Position numbers and translations under genes: made by a program
Shown here: one piece after another, positions 60,725-64,000 of the stretch
Layout of the letters: every line of letters begins with the position of its first letter
Position numbering within the stretch: position 1 is the stretch's first letter
The notes under the pieces: model-generated
Told to the model about the DNA's origin: nothing
The model's database searches: none
Seen by the model: only the letters and a program-made list of their open reading frames with translations
Origin: Lytechinus pictus
Lineage: Eukaryota
NCBI RefSeq assembly: GCF_037042905.1
Contig: NC_087252.1
Span: forward strand, 23,004,001 to 23,068,000
DNA: 64,000 nucleotides
Reading direction: 5' to 3'

Positions 60725-61360
60725 GGTGGTGGTGATGATGGTGATGATGATGATTTTGATGGTGACGATGATGATGGTGGTAATGATGATGGTGATGGTG
60801 ATGATGATGATGATAAGGTGGTGATGATGATGAAGTGGGGATGATGATGATGATGGTGATGAAGATTTTGATGGTGACAATGATGATGGTGGTAATGATC
60901 ATGATGATGGTGATGATGATGATGATCAAGAAGCACTTGATCATATGACCTAAATCCTTTGGGTGTTTCACAAAGATTTAAGTGTGACTAAAAGCCAAAT
61001 TTCCAATTGCACGCATGATAGAACGCACAAATGCCCCATTTATCAGAACATGTTAATGAGACGTACCCTACTGCATACTTTTAATCAAATAAATCGTGCA
61101 TTGAATATAAAAAACAATATGAGAGCATCAGCATCGTCTTTTGAGTCGGACTTAACTCTTTCTGAAACCTTCCTCCAGACGCTTTGCGCTATGGGTTCTC
61201 AAGTTGAAATGTGCCAATTTCTTTTTCATCACCCGCAGATCAGTGTCATCCATTGCTTTTCACTTGTAACGATGGGAGGTGTATAACCATGGAGTGGAGA
61301 TGTGACGAAATCATTGACTGCTCGGACGCCGAAGACGAAGCAAACTGCACCAATCCATAA
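3151..61360 (+). CDS. Multi-exon gene (39 coding exons in window, 5'-incomplete) for a large extracellular CUB/LDLa mosaic protein, 10 CUB-like + 28 LDLa domains, about 2365 aa visible
   Basis: All exons have AG/GT boundaries and compatible phases (all introns phase 1 except one phase 0). They join without stops until TAA at 61358-61360. LDLa exons show 6-Cys spacing with a D-C-x(3-9)-D-E acidic motif. CUB exons show a S/N-P-x-Y-P start and G-F/Y end. No start or signal-peptide exon was found in the window. Confidence 0.9.
3525..4115. mobile_element. TTAA-flanked MITE with AGG...CCT termini (Kolobok/T2-like)
   Basis: TTAA|AGGAGAATGAAAC ... GTTTCATTCTCCT|TTAA; long imperfect inverted arms. 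Confidence 0.8.
5058..5207 (+). CDS. Exon 2: LDLa
   Basis: aatag|CT...CCAG|gtatgt, 150 nt; [35 protein letters not shown] second in-frame acceptor at 5069 is possible. Confidence 0.9.
5216..5905. repeat. Degenerate (GAT)n microsatellite
   Basis: Direct reading; explains the poly-D/M/H ORFs. Confidence 0.95.
6021..8119. mobile_element. About 2.1-kb putative non-autonomous DNA transposon with repeated TGTCCCGTACGACAC motif
   Basis: Short inverted ends GGGCGATTCCA / TGGAATCACCC; about 10 exact or variant motif copies (6385, 6550-6612, 7487-7541, 7705, 8091); no TSD seen. Confidence 0.55.
8401..8514 (+). CDS. Exon 3: LDLa (6th Cys split over intron)
   Basis: ctcag|GA...TACT|gtgagt, 114 nt; [36 protein letters not shown]. 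Confidence 0.9.
8718..9312. mobile_element. TTAA-flanked MITE (Kolobok/T2-like)
   Basis: TTAA|AGGACAAGTCCACCCC ... GGGGTGGACTTGACCT|TTAA; inverted arms containing AAATTTCATCAAAATCGGAT. Confidence 0.85.
9671..9805 (+). CDS. Exon 4: LDLa
   Basis: ttcag|GC...ACAG|gtatgt, 135 nt; [37 protein letters not shown]. Confidence 0.9.
10986..11107 (+). CDS. Exon 5: N-terminal part of CUB-like domain 2
   Basis: tacag|AT...TCAG|gtaaga, 122 nt, phase 1-0; [31 protein letters not shown]. Confidence 0.85.
11300..11605 (-). mobile_element. 3' fragment of an L2-clade LINE
   Basis: Minus-strand peptide TRSS...[33 protein letters not shown] resembles the ORF2 C-terminus of L2/CR1-group LINEs. Confidence 0.7.
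11972..12200 (+). CDS. Exon 6: C-terminal part of CUB-like domain 2 (not in ORF track)
   Basis: tacag|ATC...CTTA|gtaagt, 229 nt, phase 0-1; [24 protein letters not shown]...[11 protein letters not shown] matches sibling CUBs. Confidence 0.85.
12218..12806. mobile_element. TTAA-flanked MITE (Kolobok/T2-like), full length
   Basis: TTAA|AAGGATGGTCCGGGCTGAA ... TTCAGCCTGGACCATCCCT|TTAA; about 200-bp inverted arms; degenerate relative near 51825-52430. Confidence 0.85.
13313..13438 (+). CDS. Exon 7: LDLa
   Basis: tatag|CT...AATG|gtaagt, 126 nt; [34 protein letters not shown]. Confidence 0.9.
13454..13660. mobile_element. MITE family GGGTGTTTCACAAAGATTT (other copies 49080-49291 and 60961-61160)
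   Basis: Inverted termini and three dispersed similar copies. Confidence 0.7.
14214..14345. mobile_element. About 131-bp MITE family GGGTCCCGTAACACAAAG (copies 4184-4315, 42739-43133 x3, 43614-43724, 57409-57541)
   Basis: Dispersed near-identical copies with inverted ends, PIF/Harbinger-like termini. Confidence 0.75.
14520..14879 (+). CDS. Exon 8: CUB-like domain 3
   Basis: tccag|AA...TCGG|gtaagt, 360 nt; [20 protein letters not shown]...[15 protein letters not shown]. Confidence 0.88.
15402..15530 (+). CDS. Exon 9: LDLa
   Basis: tgtag|AC...GTTG|gtaagg, 129 nt; [36 protein letters not shown]. Confidence 0.9.
15983..16327 (+). CDS. Exon 10: CUB-like domain 4
   Basis: ttcag|TT...GGTC|gtgagt, 345 nt; [13 protein letters not shown]...[17 protein letters not shown]. 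Confidence 0.88.
17083..17368. mobile_element. About 280-bp MITE family GGCCCCGTCTTACAAAGAG (copies 31442-31716, 43136-43385, 47237-47507, 62221-62492, 62494-62747)
   Basis: Inverted termini, usually flanked by CTG/CAG; six copies in window. Confidence 0.8.
17904..18035 (+). CDS. Exon 11: LDLa
   Basis: cgtag|TC...TGTC|gtaagt, 132 nt; [37 protein letters not shown]. Confidence 0.9.
18333..18612 (+). mobile_element. tRNA-derived SINE (related copies 25708-25960 +, 38265-38550 +, 18850-19178 -, 38840-39183 -)
   Basis: A box TGGTCTAGTGG, B box GGTTCGATTCC, shared core CCCAGGTG..TAAATGGGTACCGG, (ATT)n tail. Confidence 0.8.
19363..19488 (+). CDS. Exon 12: LDLa
   Basis: aatag|CT...CAAG|gtaaat, 126 nt; [35 protein letters not shown]. 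Confidence 0.9.
20702..20818 (+). CDS. Exon 13: LDLa (not in ORF track)
   Basis: tgtag|GA...TGTG|gtaagc, 117 nt; [37 protein letters not shown]. Confidence 0.9.
21517..21880. repeat. Degenerate (GAT)n microsatellite
   Basis: Direct reading. Confidence 0.95.
21965..22096 (+). CDS. Exon 14: LDLa
   Basis: taaag|GA...CCAA|gtaaga, 132 nt; [36 protein letters not shown]. Confidence 0.88.
23323..23622. mobile_element. About 300-bp MITE family GGCCCGTATTCTGAAGTC (copies 24963-25276 and split copy 53389-55555)
   Basis: Inverted termini GGCCCGTATTCTGAAGTC / GACTTCAGAATACGGGCC; three copies. Confidence 0.8.
24233..24571 (+). CDS. Exon 15: CUB-like domain 5
   Basis: tacag|CC...GGTG|gtatgt, 339 nt; [18 protein letters not shown]...[14 protein letters not shown]. 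Confidence 0.88.
25389..25529 (+). CDS. Exon 16: LDLa
   Basis: ctcag|GC...GCAG|gtcagt, 141 nt; [36 protein letters not shown]. Confidence 0.9.
26419..26535 (+). CDS. Exon 17: LDLa (6th Cys split over intron)
   Basis: tacag|GC...AACT|gtaagt, 117 nt; [37 protein letters not shown]. Confidence 0.9.
26581..27650. repeat. About 1.07-kb (GAT)n microsatellite with GGT/GTT variants
   Basis: Direct reading. Confidence 0.97.
27807..27947 (+). CDS. Exon 18: LDLa
   Basis: aaaag|GT...TTAA|gtgagt, 141 nt; [39 protein letters not shown]. Weak AAG acceptor, but it supplies the GT completing the split Cys. Confidence 0.85.
28000..28265 (+). mobile_element. Degenerate RTE-clade LINE fragment
   Basis: Translates to [19 protein letters not shown]...RGRGP, resembling the RTE ORF C-terminal region. 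Confidence 0.55.
28303..28647 (+). CDS. Exon 19: CUB-like domain 6
   Basis: tgcag|TT...ACAG|gtaagc, 345 nt; [15 protein letters not shown]...[16 protein letters not shown]. Confidence 0.88.
29780..30538 (+). repeat. Degenerate tandem repeat containing GAGGTCAAAGGTCA and copies of the exon-20 acceptor region
   Basis: About five units of 130-190 bp; CACTTTTCTTTCAGCCACTCCAACTG at 30162 versus the real acceptor at 30538. Confidence 0.75.
30539..30685 (+). CDS. Exon 20: LDLa
   Basis: ttcag|CC...GGAG|gtaagt, 147 nt; [44 protein letters not shown]. Confidence 0.9.
31811..31921 (+). CDS. Exon 21: LDLa (not in ORF track)
   Basis: cttag|GT...TGTC|gtaagt, 111 nt; [35 protein letters not shown]. Confidence 0.9.
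32573..32692 (+). CDS. Exon 22: LDLa
   Basis: tctag|CC...GGTA|gtgagt, 120 nt; [36 protein letters not shown]. Confidence 0.9.
33250..33375 (+). CDS. Exon 23: LDLa
   Basis: tatag|CA...ACTG|gtaaga, 126 nt; [35 protein letters not shown]. Confidence 0.9.
33784..34131 (+). CDS. Exon 24: CUB-like domain 7
   Basis: tacag|AA...ACTA|gtaggt, 348 nt; [19 protein letters not shown]...CYLEW...[14 protein letters not shown]. Confidence 0.88.
35039..35896 (+). mobile_element. Insertion with a 3' terminal ~185-bp hairpin, putative Crypton-like non-autonomous element
   Basis: 5' end TATATCCCTCTT is inverted relative to AAGAGGTATATA just before the hairpin; hairpin 35713-35896; same layout as 58271-59204. 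Confidence 0.55.
36105..36260 (+). CDS. Exon 25: LDLa (not in ORF track)
   Basis: tccag|CT...CACT|gtaagt, 156 nt; [41 protein letters not shown]. Confidence 0.9.
37522..37644 (+). CDS. Exon 26: LDLa
   Basis: tttag|AT...TGCG|gtaagt, 123 nt; [39 protein letters not shown]. Confidence 0.9.
39221..39352 (+). CDS. Exon 27: LDLa
   Basis: cctag|GA...ACAA|gtgaga, 132 nt; [36 protein letters not shown]. Confidence 0.9.
39440..40290 (+). mobile_element. Helentron/DINE-like element with internal tandem repeats (second copy 46032-46764)
   Basis: Repeating unit AAATTTGGCACACA..TTGG..AAGATGTGCAAGAC..GTTGCCATGGTAAC; the 46032 copy starts TTATACCCC..GGGGTA and ends GCGGGGGTTAT. Confidence 0.6.
40684..41025 (+). 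CDS. Exon 28: CUB-like domain 8
   Basis: tgcag|CT...ACAG|gtgaga, 342 nt; [17 protein letters not shown]...[16 protein letters not shown]. Confidence 0.88.
41035..42065. repeat. About 1-kb (AGT)n microsatellite
   Basis: Direct reading; explains the poly-S/V/Y ORFs. Confidence 0.97.
42589..42726 (+). CDS. Exon 29: LDLa (not in ORF track)
   Basis: tgcag|AT...GAAG|gtaggt, 138 nt; [36 protein letters not shown]. Confidence 0.9.
44323..44436 (+). CDS. Exon 30: LDLa (ORF track shows a different frame)
   Basis: ttcag|GC...TGCC|gtaagt, 114 nt; [35 protein letters not shown]. Confidence 0.92.
44603..44916. repeat. Imperfect palindrome, probable MITE core
   Basis: AGAGAGTTTTCGCATT ... AATGCGAAAACTCTCT; inner GAAAGTTGGTGGACTGGGA / TCCCAGTCCACCAACTTTC. 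Confidence 0.7.
45700..45825 (+). CDS. Exon 31: LDLa
   Basis: tgtag|CT...TGTG|gtaagt, 126 nt; [38 protein letters not shown]. Confidence 0.9.
46032..46764 (+). mobile_element. Helentron/DINE-like tandem-repeat element ending just upstream of the exon 32 acceptor
   Basis: Homologous to 39440-40290; 5' short inverted repeat TACCCC...GGGGTA. Confidence 0.6.
46789..46917 (+). CDS. Exon 32: LDLa (not in ORF track)
   Basis: accag|GT...ATCG|gtatgt, 129 nt; [35 protein letters not shown]. Confidence 0.92.
47561..47902 (+). CDS. Exon 33: CUB-like domain 9
   Basis: ttcag|AG...GACA|gtgagt, 342 nt; [18 protein letters not shown]...CYVGW...[14 protein letters not shown]. Confidence 0.88.
48410..48550 (+). 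CDS. Exon 34: LDLa (not in ORF track)
   Basis: aacag|CT...CATT|gttagt, 141 nt; [36 protein letters not shown]. Confidence 0.9.
48675..48787. repeat. (TGAA)n microsatellite flanked by (TAAA)n
   Basis: Direct reading. Confidence 0.95.
49421..49546 (+). CDS. Exon 35: LDLa
   Basis: catag|CT...TGTG|gtgagt, 126 nt; [40 protein letters not shown]. Confidence 0.9.
49673..50330. mobile_element. Solo LTR (658 bp) inserted into a SINE
   Basis: TGTAACA...TGTTACA termini, CTAG TSD (49669-49672, 50331-50334), AATAAA near right end; flanks rejoin into a minus-strand SINE. Confidence 0.8.
50635..50819. mobile_element. Small MITE with ~40-bp TIRs
   Basis: ATATGTTGGTCCTGAAAAGGACCACCCAAACTCGAC / GTCGAGTTTGGGTGGTCCTTTTCAGGGCCAGCATAT. 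Confidence 0.7.
51133..51663 (+). repeat. Six tandem ~90-bp degenerate copies of the acceptor plus 5' half of exon 36
   Basis: Each unit resembles AATGTGAGGAAAATGAATTCCAGTGCGTTGAGACTAAGCGGTGTATCAATGCTAAATACTACTGTGA followed by a pyrimidine tract and AG. Confidence 0.9.
51664..51807 (+). CDS. Exon 36: LDLa (not in ORF track)
   Basis: cttag|AA...ACAG|gtatgt, 144 nt; [41 protein letters not shown]. Acceptor choice is ambiguous because of upstream copies. Confidence 0.85.
53653..55498. mobile_element. 1.85-kb TTAA-flanked Kolobok-like element with ~570-bp internal inverted arms, nested in a MITE
   Basis: TTAA TSD 53649-53652 and 55499-55502; TIR AGTAGAACTATATTGA / TCAATATATTTCTCCT; arms about 53840-54410 and 54738-55312. 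Confidence 0.8.
55673..55983. mobile_element. MITE with ~70-bp TIRs and 3-bp CAG TSD (PIF/Harbinger-like)
   Basis: CAG|GGGCCGATTGCAC ... GTGCAATCGGCCC|CAG. Confidence 0.75.
56292..56624 (+). CDS. Exon 37: CUB-like domain 10
   Basis: ttcag|TG...GACG|gtaatt, 333 nt; [17 protein letters not shown]...[16 protein letters not shown]. Confidence 0.88.
57905..60030 (+). mobile_element. Helentron-like element with tandem repeats (CATGACCAAGGTCAAAGGTCA), interrupted by 58271-59204
   Basis: Subterminal inverted repeat GTCTCACCTGC (57910) / GCAGGTGAGAC (59997); tandem units resume in register after the insertion. Confidence 0.65.
58271..59204 (+). mobile_element. Insertion with a 3' terminal ~175-bp hairpin, putative Crypton-like element
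   Basis: Splits host AAGTATTA|CTGAACATCC; TATAGAATGGA at the start is inverted to TCCATTCTATA at 59022; hairpin 59029-59204. Confidence 0.6.
60092..60220 (+). CDS. Exon 38: LDLa (not in ORF track)
   Basis: tacag|AG...GGAG|gtatga, 129 nt; [35 protein letters not shown]. Confidence 0.9.
60285..60928. repeat. Degenerate (GAT)n microsatellite
   Basis: Direct reading. Confidence 0.95.
61239..61360 (+). CDS. Exon 39: terminal LDLa with stop codon
   Basis: cgcag|AT...; [41 protein letters not shown]. No donor GT between the last Cys and the stop. Confidence 0.88.
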
Positions 61361-61399
61361 ATCGCTGCTCTCATCTGGGTGTAGTCGCACAAATCTTAG

Positions 61400-61885
61400 C
61401 GACTGATCGTATGATTGATTTTTTCACGATTGATTTCCCCAATTGATCGTATGATTGAATTTCAAAATTGATCATATGAACAATTTTCACAATTGATTGG
61501 ATTTCAAAATTGATCATATGATCAATTTTCACAATTGATCGTATGATTGAATTTCAAAATTGATCATATGAACAATTTTCACAATTGATTGAATTTCAAA
61601 ATTGATCATATGATCAATTTTCACAATTGATCGTATGATTGAATTTCAAAATTGATCATATGAACAAGTTTCACAATTCATTGTGCAATTGAATTTCAGA
61701 ATTGATCATATGAACAATTTTCTCAATTCGTTGTGCAGTTGACTTTCATAATTAATCATACAATTGAATTTTTAACAGTTCATTGTGCAATTGAATTTCA
61801 AAATTGATCATATGAACAATTTTCACAATTTGTCATGCAATTGAATTTCAGTATCGATCTTTTGATTAATTTTGAAAATTGATTG
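61400..61885. repeat. AT-rich tandem repeat just downstream of the stop codon
   Basis: Units such as AATTGATCGTATGATTGAATTTCAAAATTGATCATATGAACAATTTTCAC repeated with variation. Confidence 0.85.
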
Positions 61886-64000
61886 TCAAAAAAGCTCAGA
61901 ACGACATCAAATCTTCTGAAAAGCCCCCCCCCCCATCCGAATCACTGTGTTAGCAGTGATGAAACTGATAGAAAAGTATTCATTGTAAATAATGAAGTAA
62001 TAACAATTATTCTGAAGAATATAGTGATGTTGTTCATGATAAAATACTGTAATGATATAATGAAAATAATCCTGAAGAATATATTAATATTTTTTTTAAT
62101 ATGACAATGATAATGATAAAAAAATTCTAATGATGATGATAATATGCATGTAATATCAATGCTCATTATTTTGTACGGATTAATAGTTTAACATTGTGAA
62201 CTCAAAAAATATGAACGTCAGGGGCCCATCTAACAAAAAGTTGCGATTGATCCGATCAATCACAACTATGGACGGCCAGCAACGTCGTCATCTATTATGC
62301 ATGTTTGTTCAAAATATTTTCCAGCTATGATGTATATTCATGCATTCATTGTTTCTTGAAAATTCACTGTGCTTCTCTTTGTTTACGAAGGACATTGTGC
62401 AAATTTCCTGTAGAAAAAAATTATGACACTTACGGATTTCCATAGAGTTACAATTGATTGGACCAATCATAACTCTTTGTAAGACAGGGCCCAGCCCCGT
62501 CTTTCAAAGATTCATGATTGATCCAATCTATCAGTGTCATCATTTTTTTCTACAGGAAAATTTGCAAAATGTCCTTTGTAAAAAAAAAAGGAGAATGCAC
62601 CAAATTGTCAAGAAATCAATGAATTTATGGATATACCTTCATATCTAAAAATTTTTAAAAGAAACATGCATTTTAGATGATGACTTTGCTGACTTTCCAT
62701 AGTTGTGATTGATTGGATCCATCGCAACTCTTTGTAAGACTGGGCCCTGGAGTTAGGTACCTTGTCGAAAGTTAGCCATGCGTCATTCAATGGCAAACGC
62801 CGGAAGCAGCCATTCATCACCGATTCTCCCATTTCAGAACAATTGGGAGTGCAAGAAAGCCACTGTGAAAAGACACATACATGTAGTGCCTTCATAGCAG
62901 GAATAAGCCCCGCGTTAGCATATATGTATGATACGTATGTGCCGTGGTCGAAACCCCCTAAATTTCTGTTCCAGAGCATCACCAATTTAGAAATTCCATA
63001 GAAATTCCTATTTTCCCCATTCCAGAGACTTTGTGGTTTCTCGTTCCAGTGGGGCGCCAATCATGGACTACTCAGCTGGTCGGGGTGGCGAGCTCGATCG
63101 ACGCGGAGTCATATGAGTTCCGTTGACACCCATTTTTTATATGGTCAGTTCCAGAGCAATGCATTTTTAGCAATCGTTGATTCAAGGGCCATTCCGGAGA
63201 CCCCCATTTTAAAGACCAATATTTAGTTCCAGAGCCCCCTATTTTCGACTTTGGTGTGGTACATCTATTAGGAATCATGTTATTATTCGAGTAGCCCCCC
63301 CCCCCCTCCCCCTTCCCGGATTAAGATCCAACACCAAATTTTGACAAGGTACCTTCAACTTTGGTTTACAATGATTAGGATACCAATTGGTTTACACAGC
63401 AGTACTGAGTTCTCTTCTTTCATATGCTTACATTGTCTTTCATTATTCATGTTATTTCTACTTAAGTTTTGCTCATTTTTGCTTTCATTTGAATATTTCT
63501 GTATTTTACGATTCAGCTGATGCTGCAGATCGATCCTGAAATGAAAATATCCATTGTTGTTATTATTATGATTCTTATTCATGATGTTATTTTTGTTGTT
63601 TTATTATCGTCATTACTATGGCTGTACAATGGGCCAATGAAATGGATATATTGCAACTCTGAAAGATCAGTGAATATAATACTCGGTTTTGTGATGACAT
63701 TTTAATTTAAAAACTGAAGTAATTGATGCATGCCACGGATAATTGCCTAATGGCAGCGATACTGTAGGAATGCCCTGAGACCCTCGCATAAATAAAGTAG
63801 AACAATACATTTAAACTGTTGGAATTGATTAAAATCACCTTCATAGTCTATTTTTGGCATATATGACATGCCAATTGTTCATACACATATTAGCAATTGT
63901 GTCGATCCGTAGAAAGTTCTATTCATCTGGGGGATATGACGTAACAATACAAAGCGCCATCCCCCCAATGAATAGAAAGCGCGAGCGGATCTACGCCCAT

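Noticed and set aside
3151..61360. Naming the gene LRP1/LRP2, cubilin, GRL101, rendezvin, proteoliaisin or SFE1
   Set aside because: No EGF/YWTD, LRR, 7TM or TM segments are seen, and I cannot verify orthology to the egg-coat proteins without a search, so no symbol is assigned.
62750..64000. Further coding exons or a TM segment after exon 39, such as hydrophobic ORF 63520-63705
   Set aside because: AT-rich low-complexity sequence with no convincing splice sites or domain motif, downstream of an in-frame stop.

Overview
AT-rich, repeat-dense animal genomic DNA, probably a marine invertebrate such as an echinoderm (inference from repeat content and domain style, not proven). Almost the whole window is one + strand gene. 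I read 39 coding exons between 3151 and 61360, all with GT-AG boundaries, that splice into one open frame of 7097 nt (about 2365 aa, 5' end outside the window). The product alternates 10 CUB-like domains with 28 LDL-receptor class A (LDLa) modules: C-L3-C-L-C-L-C-L4-C-L3-C-L4-C-L3-C-L4-C-L3-C-L2-stop. No transmembrane, EGF/YWTD or protease domain is visible. Notable points are a 9-exon super-repeat, mostly cysteine-free CUBs, cysteine codons split across introns, one CUB interrupted by a phase-0 intron, and two introns with tandem degenerate copies of the downstream acceptor plus exon start. Introns hold MITEs and foldback elements with clear TSDs, tRNA-derived SINEs, LINE fragments, a solo LTR, Helentron-like tandem-repeat elements and long (GAT)n/(AGT)n microsatellites. 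Exon calls are manual and have no transcript support.
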